Below are positions 38,902 to 48,098 of a stretch of 64,000 nt of DNA, in pieces. Below the pieces are notes generated by a model. It had not been told where the DNA came from, searched no databases, and saw only the letters and a program-made list of their open reading frames with translations. The translations under genes and the position numbers were made by a program. Origin of the DNA: Candidatus Woesearchaeota archaeon (GTDB lineage Archaea > Nanobdellota > Nanobdellia > Woesearchaeales > GW2011-AR4); NCBI GenBank assembly GCA_016184145.1, contig JACPDF010000022.1:1542-65541 (forward strand), given 5' to 3'. Every line of letters starts with the position of its first letter. Position 1 is the first letter of the stretch.

Positions 38902-39951
38902 TTATTGTTTTTCCTCTTCGCTTTCCCCCTTTTCTTCCATTGAGGCATCTAAAAGGTCTTTTGGCTCTTCTTCTGTTTCATTCACTTCTCTTTTTTGTTT
39001 TTCTGCAACTTCTTTGCCGCTTTCCGCTTCCTCGCCCTCTTCTTTTGGAGGGTGCAGCATTCTCTCTACTTTCCTGTCAATTATTTTTTCCATATCTTTG
39101 CTTACCTGTATGCCTTTGCCCTTGAATTTGGGCTTTTTCTTCTCTTCTTCTTTTTCTTCCAGGATTTTTTCATCTTCTTCTTTCATTCCCTTTATTCTTT
39201 CCTTTTCTTTTTCCTGCTCTTCTTCAGAAGGCTCGTCCACAACTTCAAGGCTCCCAAGCTTTTCCTTGTATTCCATTATTTCAGGATTTTCTTCTTCCAA
39301 GCTTTCTGCCACTTTATTTTCTGATTCTTTTTCGTTTTCAAGCTTATCCAAAGAATCTATCTGCTCCTTTATTCTTTCGTCTGTCTGCTCTTCTTCCATT
39401 GCCTTTCTTCTCTGCTCTTCCTTAATCGATTCTATTTCCTTTTCTTTTTCCTCTATGGCTCTTGCAATGCTCTGGAAGTCCTGGAACTGCTCCCTCAAAT
39501 TTTCTTGAGGCAGGTCAAAATATTCAAAGAATTTCTGGGTAAGCTTAATCAGATTCGTGCGGCCGTGCTTCTGCCTCGTTATGTAGCCCATCTCTTCAAG
39601 CTCCTTCAGATGGTCGTAAGCCTTGTTTGTTCTTATCCTTATTAAGTCTGACTGCTTTATTGGATACTTGAATGCTATTACAGCCAAAGTTTCCATTATT
39701 GTCCTGCTCAACTCTGTTTCCGTCACTATATTTCTTACTAAAGGAAGAAACTGCTCTCTTACAGTCAATTTCCAGAAATTGCCTTCATTTATGAGCATGG
39801 TGCTTGAATTCTTCTCGTGATATTCTTTCTTTAATTCCTCTAATGCTGCTTGCACTTCATCTTCCTTAGCCTTGGCTAATTTTGACAGTTCTTCCACGCT
39901 CATCTTCCTGCCTGAAGAAAAAAGCAATGCATCCAGTTTATTCTTGAGCAT
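38902..39951 (-). CDS. scpB: Segregation and condensation protein B (ScpB) with a long acidic C-terminal extension
   Basis: Tandem winged helices (LDALLFSSGRKMSVEEL...; TLAVIAFKYPIKQSDLIRIR...YITRQKHGRTNLI), then an E/K-rich tail of about 170 aa. Antisense ORFs 38995..39508 are rejected. Confidence 0.7.
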   Translation of the reverse strand: MLKNKLDALLFSSGRKMSVEELSKLAKAKEDEVQAALEELKKEYHEKNSSTMLINEGNFWKLTVREQFLPLVRNIVTETELSRTIMETLAVIAFKYPIKQSDLIRIRTNKAYDHLKELEEMGYITRQKHGRTNLIKLTQKFFEYFDLPQENLREQFQDFQSIARAIEEKEKEIESIKEEQRRKAMEEEQTDERIKEQIDSLDKLENEKESENKVAESLEEENPEIMEYKEKLGSLEVVDEPSEEEQEKEKERIKGMKEEDEKILEEKEEEKKKPKFKGKGIQVSKDMEKIIDRKVERMLHPPKEEGEEAESGKEVAEKQKREVNETEEEPKDLLDASMEEKGESEEEKQ

Positions 39952-40549
39952 TTTCCATCTCTTTTTTTACTAAGCTGTAAGAGCCGTTCTCCTCTTTTAG
40001 CTTGTTATCTTTTATCATATCATCTAAGAATATCTTGAGTTCTTCTGATTTTATGCCTGTCACTTTTGAGAGCTTTTCCCTATCAAGGCTGCCATATAAT
40101 AAGGATATAAGGATCATGTTCTTTACTGTTGTGTGCATGTTTTTCTTCAAAAATTCATTCTCATTCTTTTGTTTTTTGACAATCATATCAACATCATGCA
40201 GCCTTGCCTGTAAATCATTTACAAAATCTTCTATCATCGACCTGTCCAGATTATAAGATTCCGGCTTCAGTATCTGGACAGAAGAGGGCATATAATCAAA
40301 ACAGAAAGCTATTAGCTTCCTTATGCCTTTTACCACCATCTCCAGTTCTGCAAAAGTTGCCCATAAGCCTTGTTTTTCTTTGGCATCAGCAAATTCCTCC
40401 TTGAGGACTATAAGGTCTGAGTCCTGCTTTATCTTATCCACATATATCTTAAGGGCTTTTTCCACATGCCCTTTCGGCTTCCCAAGTACCTCTATTATGA
40501 CTTTGCACCTTATGTGGGTTTTCTCATCAGCAATTTTCAGTTCTGGCAT
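39938..40549 (-). CDS. Hypothetical protein upstream of scpB (possible kleisin-like partner; unproven)
   Basis: Overlaps the scpB start by 14 nt on the same strand. No ScpA signature recognised. Confidence 0.4.
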   Translation of the reverse strand: MPELKIADEKTHIRCKVIIEVLGKPKGHVEKALKIYVDKIKQDSDLIVLKEEFADAKEKQGLWATFAELEMVVKGIRKLIAFCFDYMPSSVQILKPESYNLDRSMIEDFVNDLQARLHDVDMIVKKQKNENEFLKKNMHTTVKNMILISLLYGSLDREKLSKVTGIKSEELKIFLDDMIKDNKLKEENGSYSLVKKEMENAQE

Positions 40550-40775
40550 AATTTTTTAGAATGGAATTAGGTTTAAAAAGGTTGTGGAAAACTCTTTTGA
40601 GTTTTCGCAACCTCGAAAATCACGAGAAAAGCGAAGCTTTTCTGTGACACAACAAAATCCAAAGGATTTTGTGTGCAGGAAATTCAAAAGGAATTTCCAC
40701 GCACAGAAAATTTTCAATTTTCTTGTGTCTCTGATTTTCGGTTGGTTTTTAAAAATTCGGCTTTGAATGCTTAGC

Positions 40776-42542
40776 TTATCTTCTCCAAATCAGTACAATG
40801 TTCAGAACAACAGAAAGAAATACCAAAAACATAAGAATAAGGTTTTTTGCCTTTTCAGTTGTCGACTCATAGACTATGCCATAATTGACGGCATTATTCG
40901 TTATTTTGTTTTTTATTCCATCATCAATATTAATTTCTTTTGCTTCCAATTCCTCTGGATTGTTATTTTCATCCTGATTGTTTTTAACAACTATGTCTTT
41001 TGTTATCTCATTGTTTGTTTTCTGGCCATTTTTATTTAATACAACTTTAAATTTGTAATTTCCCGGCTGCATGTTTTCCACCATATTGCTCAGTTCCACA
41101 ACCTGCAGCGAGTTTCTATTCAAGGTAAACTCTTTCATATTTTCTTCCCTTTCACCGGAATATGATTTTGAGCCCCTGTAAACATAGCTCCATAATTTTA
41201 TGTCCATATCCTCATCATTATTGTTGTCCAGAACTATTTTTGCGCTGAATTTTTTGTTAACATCAACAACTTCGTTAAAATCTTTCAATTCAAAATCAAA
41301 GCCTTTTGCTGCTAATTTTTTGCTTTCTATTATTTTTACATCGCACATCGAATCTGTGAGATCATCTATTCTGATTTCTTCTTCGTCCTGGGAATCCAGG
41401 CCTTCTGCCTTAATCGTGTAATCATCATTGTCAAATTTCCCATCGCAGTTAGGGTCTATTTGTACAGGAATTGTCAAAGAATAATTTGTATACTTTGATT
41501 CCAAGCCGGTTCTTGACTGCTTGCTTACCCTGTTGCCATTATTGTCTTCTATCCACACTGCAATACTCTCCTTGTTGGTGTTGCCCTTATAAGCGTTAAG
41601 CCTTACTCTTATTATCTGGCCGAACTTTGCCTGTTTGTCATTTCCAAGATCAAGCACATTTTCTATGTTTATTGATGATTTCTCATCCAATGGCTTTCCT
41701 TTTATTGTTATTATCTGCATGTCGAAATTATTTTCTATGTTTGCGTCATCGCATCCAGTTGTTATATTGGAATCCAAAATGTAAGATTTGCCTTCATCAA
41801 GATTTGGGGTGTATTCTGATGAGGTTTTTTGTGTTGTTATGGATTCGTTAGTAAATGGCTCGTATTCCCTTACTAGCTTTCCGTTAAGATCCTCTATCTT
41901 TGCCCTCATTGTAAAGTTAGTTGTTGTTCCGGATATCTTTGAAGCCCTTATTTTGAATGTAAAATCCGATGAGTTGTCAAACAAAGTCTTCGAGAGGATG
42001 AAATTTACCGCATAATCACATCCTTCATTTATTATGGCACTGCCATCATTGGGAAATCCTGGCGTGGGGTTTGACTTATGCAAAGAGCCGTTTAGGACAG
42101 CCCAGCTCAAGCCATCTGTAGTTGAATTATAATTTTTAACATCAACCAAATTTCCATTACTATCATACAAATAAAATGCTTCTCCGCTGTTGCTCAATCC
42201 ATTCCCTATAGAACTATCGTCAACATAAAGCCTTACAGCATCTGAACTTACATTAAAGTTGTTATAAACCCTTGTTGAGCCATCTGCTATTATTGCGAAG
42301 CCGTATGCAGGTATTACTGTTCCTTCCTTATTGTATAATCCCCCTTCTATTGTGTCATTGTCATTATTATCCCCGATAATCCAGTTGCTTGCATTTATGC
42401 CTGCGCTTTCATTGTTGTACAGCTCTATCCACTCATTTAGGCTTTCATCTGCTACCGGATCTGCCATTATTTCATTTATCATTAAGGCATCGGATATGCC
42501 AATAGACAATAAAAAAGCCAATAAAAGGAATAAAAATCCCAT
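40776..42542 (-). CDS. Secreted lamin-tail-domain (LTD) surface protein with C-terminal TM anchor
   Basis: Signal peptide, LTD pattern MINEIMADPVADESLNEWIELYNNESAGINASNWIIGDN, Asn/Asp-rich beta repeats and a C-terminal hydrophobic anchor plus RR. Confidence 0.65.
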   Translation of the reverse strand: MGFLFLLLAFLLSIGISDALMINEIMADPVADESLNEWIELYNNESAGINASNWIIGDNNDNDTIEGGLYNKEGTVIPAYGFAIIADGSTRVYNNFNVSSDAVRLYVDDSSIGNGLSNSGEAFYLYDSNGNLVDVKNYNSTTDGLSWAVLNGSLHKSNPTPGFPNDGSAIINEGCDYAVNFILSKTLFDNSSDFTFKIRASKISGTTTNFTMRAKIEDLNGKLVREYEPFTNESITTQKTSSEYTPNLDEGKSYILDSNITTGCDDANIENNFDMQIITIKGKPLDEKSSINIENVLDLGNDKQAKFGQIIRVRLNAYKGNTNKESIAVWIEDNNGNRVSKQSRTGLESKYTNYSLTIPVQIDPNCDGKFDNDDYTIKAEGLDSQDEEEIRIDDLTDSMCDVKIIESKKLAAKGFDFELKDFNEVVDVNKKFSAKIVLDNNNDEDMDIKLWSYVYRGSKSYSGEREENMKEFTLNRNSLQVVELSNMVENMQPGNYKFKVVLNKNGQKTNNEITKDIVVKNNQDENNNPEELEAKEINIDDGIKNKITNNAVNYGIVYESTTEKAKNLILMFLVFLSVVLNIVLIWRR

Positions 42543-42672
42543 TTTTAATCAATTTTTGAAAATTTGTATAAAAACTTTTCACTTTGGATTATGTTAGCTT
42601 CACCATTTTAAAATGATAATAAAAGTTTAATAAAGAATCTCTTTTTATTTATGGGAAAGAAGAGGTGCGGCT

Positions 42673-43365
42673 GTGGGGTTTTTAAAATTCTTAAAAAGGG
42701 ATAAAAGCAAAAATCTGGATGTAGATTTTGACAATTTTGATGTTCCGCCTATGCCTCCTGCGCCTTCAGGCATGGAGGGAAAGGATTTCGAGAATCTTCC
42801 AGAGTTGCCGGAATTGCCTGATTTTGGTGAGCCTGCTCCGGAGATGGAAAAGACGGAAGAGAAGAAAAAGCTGGTTTCTGAGGTTAAAATCCCATTGCCG
42901 CAAACAATGAGAATGGAGGAGGCTGTTTTGCAGCAACCTGAGAGTTTTAAGCCTATTGAGAATACTGAGGATATGAAAACTGATTTTGAGATGGAGATGC
43001 CGGAAGAACCAATGCCCAAAATTAAAGAGTATATTCCAGAGATGGAGCCTGAGCCTAGAAGAACAAGCAGAGCAGGCCCTTATGAAAGGTTTTCCAGGGG
43101 TGCTATCAGAGAAGAAATGAGCATTTTGGAGCATAAAGATGCGAAAGGGCCGGTTTACATGAGGGTGGACAAGTTCAGAAATGTTTTGAGGAACGTAAGC
43201 GAGATGAGAAGCGGCTTAAGAGCTTCAAATGAAATTCTTTCAAAGCTTACCCAGATTGATGCCAATGCAGACAAGGAATTTGAAAAATGGAAAAATATTA
43301 TGGTGGATATGCAAAAAAAGCTCGTTTTTGTCGATAAAACTTTATTCAAAGGTGATAAGAAATGA
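42673..43365 (+). CDS. Coiled-coil protein paralog 1: Pro/Glu-rich disordered N-terminus plus a conserved C-terminal module of about 70 aa
   Basis: The C-terminal module PVYMRVDKFRNVLRNV...EFEKWKNIMVDMQKKLVFVDKTLF aligns with ORF2 (PVFIKIEDYKDILDIL...ELEMWGSTLNEIEKKVESIDRTLF). Confidence 0.6.
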   Translation: MGFLKFLKRDKSKNLDVDFDNFDVPPMPPAPSGMEGKDFENLPELPELPDFGEPAPEMEKTEEKKKLVSEVKIPLPQTMRMEEAVLQQPESFKPIENTEDMKTDFEMEMPEEPMPKIKEYIPEMEPEPRRTSRAGPYERFSRGAIREEMSILEHKDAKGPVYMRVDKFRNVLRNVSEMRSGLRASNEILSKLTQIDANADKEFEKWKNIMVDMQKKLVFVDKTLFKGDKK

Positions 43366-43607
43366 AAAGCTATAAGACGGGAGAGGCTCCGGTATTCATA
43401 AAAATCGAGGATTATAAGGATATTTTGGACATATTGGAGCTCATAAAAGACAGGCTTAGCGAGGCAAAGAGGACTTTAGCTGATATAAATGAGATAAAAA
43501 ATGATGAGGATGCGGAATTAGAGATGTGGGGCTCCACATTAAATGAGATAGAGAAGAAAGTAGAAAGCATTGACAGGACACTGTTTGAGCCTGAAAGCAC
43601 TTATTAA
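43362..43607 (+). CDS. Coiled-coil protein paralog 2 (81 aa; the conserved module alone)
   Basis: ATGA start/stop overlap with ORF1, which indicates translational coupling. Confidence 0.6.
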   Translation: MKSYKTGEAPVFIKIEDYKDILDILELIKDRLSEAKRTLADINEIKNDEDAELEMWGSTLNEIEKKVESIDRTLFEPESTY

Positions 43608-43608
43608 A

Positions 43609-44013
43609 ATGGAAAAGGAAAGTGAAGATATACTTTTTGTTGGAATAAGGGAGCCAGGCGAGGTAAGGAGAAATATCCTGGAGTCTTTAAAGGATATAGT
43701 CGAGGTCCTGCAAAGGTTTGAAAAATTCAAGCATGCAAGGAAGGAGAAACTGTACAGTATAGGCAAGCTGAGCAATGACTTAAAGGGGATAAACAAGATA
43801 CTTTCTGATTTAAAAGCTGCTATTCCGGAGACAAAGCTAAGGGAAATAAAGATAAAAGCCGTTCTTAAGGAAGAAAAGAAAGAGAAGCAAAAAAAAAGAA
43901 GGCATGGCAAAAGATCCAAAGATGCTGAAGGGGAAAAAAGGCCGTCTACAGAAATTGAAAGGCTGGAGTCGGAATTGGGCGCAATAGAAGAGAAACTAAG
44001 GGGATTGCAATAA
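43609..44013 (+). CDS. Coiled-coil protein paralog 3 with a basic Lys/Arg-rich tail
   Basis: Starts 1 nt after the ORF2 stop (MEKESEDILFVGIREPGEVRRNIL...); a weaker match to the module. Tail KKEKQKKRRHGKRSK. Confidence 0.55.
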   Translation: MEKESEDILFVGIREPGEVRRNILESLKDIVEVLQRFEKFKHARKEKLYSIGKLSNDLKGINKILSDLKAAIPETKLREIKIKAVLKEEKKEKQKKRRHGKRSKDAEGEKRPSTEIERLESELGAIEEKLRGLQ

Positions 44014-44220
44014 ACTTATATTTGATTTTAATTTCTACTTTTTTTCTAATTTTAATCTGCTCTGCAATTCTAGTGCGAGGCGTCGCTTTCTGGGCATGCA
44101 CAAAAATCGGGGATTTTTTGGCATCCTGAAAATTCCCAATTTTCATGATATCGCTCCGCCTCGGTTATTTATTTGATTTAGCAATGTTTTTAAATTGAAT
44201 ATTGATTCTTGAAGCCTTAT

Positions 44221-44390
44221 GCGGAGGTGCCGGAGTGGCCAAACGGGATAGACTCAAGGCATTTGAATGTTGAGTGCTCATAATGAGTGCGATGATAAAA
44301 ATCATTTGTAAGTCATCTATTGGCTTAGTGCCTACGCAGGTAATTATTAAGCACTGCTTGATAATCTGCAATCGAATCCTGTCCTCCGCA
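44221..44390 (+). tRNA. tRNA-Leu (anticodon CAA), class II, apparently with two introns: a canonical one next to the anticodon and one in the T-loop
   Basis: Acceptor gcggagg pairs with cctccgc plus discriminator a. D-stem ccg/cgg with D-loop gagtggccaaa. Anticodon stem ataga/tctat, loop ctCAAgg. Variable arm ggc-ttagt-gcc. T-stem gcagg pairs with cctgt. An insert of about 56 nt lies between 44259 and 44315 and an insert of about 30 nt lies inside the T-loop (44342..44371). Confidence 0.7.
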
Positions 44391-44424
44391 TTATTACATA
44401 ATTTATTTATACTAAATTCTATAA

Positions 44425-45882
44425 TTGTTTAATATGCAGAGCAAAATTACAAGAATAATTGCTGTTTTTCTCATTTTTGCTGTATTGCTTGGAATAATGC
44501 AGTTTACAGTACCTTACATTATCGGGTTTGACGGCTATTATAACATAAAGGTTGCGGAGATAATAAAAGAAGAAGGCTTTGTAAAAGAAGGCATAGCTCC
44601 TGAAAACACAATATTGGCAGATAATTATGCGGACATACAGGTTTTGTTCAGGATTTTACTGATACCGTTTACATTCCTTGGGCTTGAGCTTGGGGCAAAA
44701 ATAGCTGCCATTTTGTTTGGAGCAATAGCATTTACTGTATTTTTCTGGTTTTTGACTGAGAACAGGATAAGGCATGCTCTTTTTTGGTCGGTGCTTTACT
44801 TATTTACATCCGAGGCGTTAATGTACAGGCTCATGCTGCCGAGGCAGATGCCTTTGGTAATTTCTTTGCTGTTATTAACAATTCATTTTCTGCAGAAAAG
44901 AAAATACGTTTTTTTGTTTTTTACAATGCTTGCTCATGTTTTATTGCACAGCAGCTTTGTTTTCCAGTTCATTATAATTATTTTTTATCTGATTTTAGAA
45001 AAAATAATTTCAAAAGAATTTAACTATAAAATTATTTTATATCCGATTATTGGAGCCGTAGCCGGGTTGATTTTGAATCCTCACTTTCCAAATAGTGTTA
45101 TTATGTCGTATATGCAGATTTTCAAGGTAAATTTAGTTGGAAATTTATACAATGTTGAATGGAAGGCTTGGACATTTAGCGAATTCATAAAAAACAACAT
45201 TCTCGTCTTAGCATATTTTATTGTTATTGTTATTGCCATTTTTAAAACTAGGAAAATAAATAAAAATAAATTATTTTTTCTCCTGTTAGCGTTGTTTTTC
45301 TTTATCTATACAATTTTATCAAGAAGGATGCAGGAATATCTTGTGCCATTTTCAATAATAGCGCTAGCATTAATTTTGGATGATTATATTCCAATATTTG
45401 ACAGAAGCAGGCTATTTAGCAAATTTAAATACGCAGCAATAATCTTCCTGATTATAGTTGTGGGAATAAACTTCAGCTTATTAAGAGAAGATATAAGAAA
45501 TAACACCTTTTTGCATAATTTTAACAAATGCGCGGGTTGGATGAAGGATAATATCCCGGAGAATTCCTTGGTATTTGTAAATGCCTATGCTTTCCCTTAC
45601 CTGTTTTTTGAGAATAGTGATGCAAGGTACACCCATGGAATAGACTTAACATATTCTTATCTTTATGATGATGAAAGCTTTGAGAGGTACATGGGAATTT
45701 TGCAAGGGACTCTTAAATCAGATGCTGATTATATAATTAAAGACTATAATCCTGACTATGTGTTCTCTGGAAAGGTAAAACAGGATGTGCAGCTATTCAA
45801 CTATATTGTAGCGCACAAAGAGAATTATAAGGCTGTGTACGAGGATGAATGGTGCGCGGTCCTAAAGGCCAAGCAGATATAG
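44425..45882 (+). CDS. Polytopic membrane protein, GT-C-fold glycosyltransferase-like (PMT/ArnT-like)
   Basis: More than 10 TM helices with an early loop, GFDGYYNIKVAEII. No AglB WWDYG motif. The assignment is tentative. Confidence 0.4.
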   Translation: MFNMQSKITRIIAVFLIFAVLLGIMQFTVPYIIGFDGYYNIKVAEIIKEEGFVKEGIAPENTILADNYADIQVLFRILLIPFTFLGLELGAKIAAILFGAIAFTVFFWFLTENRIRHALFWSVLYLFTSEALMYRLMLPRQMPLVISLLLLTIHFLQKRKYVFLFFTMLAHVLLHSSFVFQFIIIIFYLILEKIISKEFNYKIILYPIIGAVAGLILNPHFPNSVIMSYMQIFKVNLVGNLYNVEWKAWTFSEFIKNNILVLAYFIVIVIAIFKTRKINKNKLFFLLLALFFFIYTILSRRMQEYLVPFSIIALALILDDYIPIFDRSRLFSKFKYAAIIFLIIVVGINFSLLREDIRNNTFLHNFNKCAGWMKDNIPENSLVFVNAYAFPYLFFENSDARYTHGIDLTYSYLYDDESFERYMGILQGTLKSDADYIIKDYNPDYVFSGKVKQDVQLFNYIVAHKENYKAVYEDEWCAVLKAKQI

Positions 45883-45940
45883 TTGATATTGATCAATTAT
45901 TGGTTATGCCACTATATTTATAAACATGCTATGATTCTAA

Positions 45941-47275
45941 ATGCGGATGATTGAAATTTATGCAGTAGGCGGCTATAATGAAATAGGAAAGAACTGCACT
46001 GCAATCAAGGTTGATGATGAGGTTGTTATTATTGACTTGGGCATCCATCTGGAAAGCTACATCAAGCTTACAGAGGATGAGGACATTGTAAATATAAACC
46101 CGGAGAAGCTAATGAAAGTAGGGGCAATCCCGGATATTTCTATCCTGAACAAAATTATGGATAAGGTAAAGGCAGTCATAATAAGCCATGCCCATCTTGA
46201 CCATTTAGGAGCTGTTCCGTATCTTGCAGACAAGTTTGATGCTCCGATAATAGGGACTCCTTTTACAATTGAAGTTATAAGAGCCATATTAAGGGATGAT
46301 AAGATAAGCCTAAAGAATAAAATAATAACCCTAAACTCAAATTCTTCCTATGACATCTCCAAGAACATAAAAGTGGAATTTATACACATTACCCATTCCA
46401 CGCCGCAAACAGCCTTGGTGGCAATACATACAAAATACGGGACAATACTTTATGCCAACGATTTTAAGCTGGACATGCATCCTGTCCTTGGAAAAAAGCC
46501 GAATTTCAAGAGGCTGCAGGAGCTTGGAAAGGAGAATGTTATTGCCTTAATAGTCGAGTCAACTTACGCAAAAGACGCAAAAAAGATGCCTTCTGAAAGC
46601 GTTGCAAAAGAGATGTTGAGGGAGGCTATGCTGGAGACAGAAAACAAGAACAACATAATATTAGTAACTACATTTTCATCGCATATAGCAAGGCTAAAGT
46701 CAGTAATAGAGTTTGGGAAAAAGCTCAACAGGAAAGTTATTTTCATGGGAAGGTCGCTGGCAAAGTATGCAAAGGCTGCTGAAAATGTGGGTTTAGTGAA
46801 TTTCTCAAAAGATGTGGAGATGGTTAAGTACGGAAAGCAGATAAAAAAAAAGCTTAAAAAGATTGAGAAGGAAAGGGAAAAGTATGTCCTGGCTGTTACC
46901 GGGCATCAAGGAGAGCATAAATCTGTACTGTACAGGATGATGAGGGGCGAGCTTGGATTTAGGCTGCATCCAGAGGATAACGTGATATTCTCATGCAAAG
47001 TGATCCCAACACCTACAAACATAGCAAACAGGGAAGCGCTTGAAAATGAGCTAAGGCAGCTTGGCATAAGGGTTTTTAGGGATGTGCACCAGTCAGGGCA
47101 TGCTGCAAGAGAGGACTTGAGGGATTTCATAGGGCTCGTAAAGCCAAAGAAAGTGATTCCTGCGCATGGGAATAAGGAGATGAAAGAGGCCCTGGCAGAT
47201 CTTGCAACTGAGATGGGCTATAAAATGGAAAAGAGCATATTCCTGGTAAAAGACGGGCATAAGGTTGCTATATAA
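45941..47275 (+). CDS. rnj: Ribonuclease J (metallo-beta-lactamase / beta-CASP family)
   Basis: HxHxDH motif IISHAHLDHLGAVPY, beta-CASP motifs, and the C-terminal HQSGHAARED; 444 aa. Confidence 0.8.
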   Translation: MRMIEIYAVGGYNEIGKNCTAIKVDDEVVIIDLGIHLESYIKLTEDEDIVNINPEKLMKVGAIPDISILNKIMDKVKAVIISHAHLDHLGAVPYLADKFDAPIIGTPFTIEVIRAILRDDKISLKNKIITLNSNSSYDISKNIKVEFIHITHSTPQTALVAIHTKYGTILYANDFKLDMHPVLGKKPNFKRLQELGKENVIALIVESTYAKDAKKMPSESVAKEMLREAMLETENKNNIILVTTFSSHIARLKSVIEFGKKLNRKVIFMGRSLAKYAKAAENVGLVNFSKDVEMVKYGKQIKKKLKKIEKEREKYVLAVTGHQGEHKSVLYRMMRGELGFRLHPEDNVIFSCKVIPTPTNIANREALENELRQLGIRVFRDVHQSGHAAREDLRDFIGLVKPKKVIPAHGNKEMKEALADLATEMGYKMEKSIFLVKDGHKVAI

Positions 47276-47325
47276 ACCACAAAAATTATAAATAAACGGC
47301 TATTTTTCTGCTTTGGGGGAATATT

Positions 47326-48066
47326 ATGAAACTTACTCTGGCAGAGCCTAAATACCTAAAGGAAAGCATATCTATTATTTCTGATTTAGTTAATGAAGCC
47401 AGATTTAAAGTCAATAAGGAAGGGATTGAGCTGGTTGCTATGGACCCTGCGAATGTTGCTATGGTCATATTCAAGCTACTAAGCAGCACTTTTACTGAGT
47501 ATGATGTCAAAAAGGATGTGGAAATTGCCATTAATCTAAGCAATTTAAAGCAGATAATGAGAAGGGCAAAGCCTAATGACATGCTTACATTGGAGCTTGA
47601 TCCTGACAATAAGCTGAAGATACAGCTCAAAGGGGACAATGTGAGGACTTTTAATCTGCCAATAATAGAGCTTGATGAAAAAGAGCAGAAAATACCAGAG
47701 CTAAACTTTCCTGTCGGCATAAGGATTCCTTCTATTGTGCTCAATGAGGCTGTCGAGGATGTTGATGTTGTTGCCGAGTCAGTTGCATTTCTTGCAGAGC
47801 CAAAGAAGTTTACAATTTATGCGGAAGGAGACCTAAGCCAGGCAAAGATTGAGATAAAGGAAGGCGATAATGTAAAAATAAAAGCCGATGAGAAAGCAAA
47901 GGCAAAGTACAGCATAGAATACCTCAAAAAGATGATAAGCGGAAGCAAGATTGCAGATGAGGTTCTTATCCAGTTTAACAATGATTACCCGCTAAAGCTG
48001 GAGTACAAGACTGTAGATAAGGTAATGCTGAGTTTTATCCTTGCTCCGAGAGTTGAGAACGACTGA
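47326..48066 (+). CDS. pcn: DNA polymerase sliding clamp PCNA
   Basis: About 246 aa with N-terminus KLTLAEPKYLKESISIISDLVNEARFKVNKEGIELVAMD and two similar domains. Confidence 0.85.
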   Translation: MKLTLAEPKYLKESISIISDLVNEARFKVNKEGIELVAMDPANVAMVIFKLLSSTFTEYDVKKDVEIAINLSNLKQIMRRAKPNDMLTLELDPDNKLKIQLKGDNVRTFNLPIIELDEKEQKIPELNFPVGIRIPSIVLNEAVEDVDVVAESVAFLAEPKKFTIYAEGDLSQAKIEIKEGDNVKIKADEKAKAKYSIEYLKKMISGSKIADEVLIQFNNDYPLKLEYKTVDKVMLSFILAPRVEND

Positions 48067-48098
48067 GCATAATCTTTATAAATAAGAATTCTAATTTT

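Noticed and set aside
38995-39508. Plus-strand Phe/Ser-rich ORFs (109 and 164 aa)
   Set aside because: Antisense to the acidic tail of scpB. This is a repeat-driven open frame.
44165-44371. 68-aa minus-strand ORF
   Set aside because: Overlaps the tRNA-Leu locus on the opposite strand. The tRNA structure explains the region.
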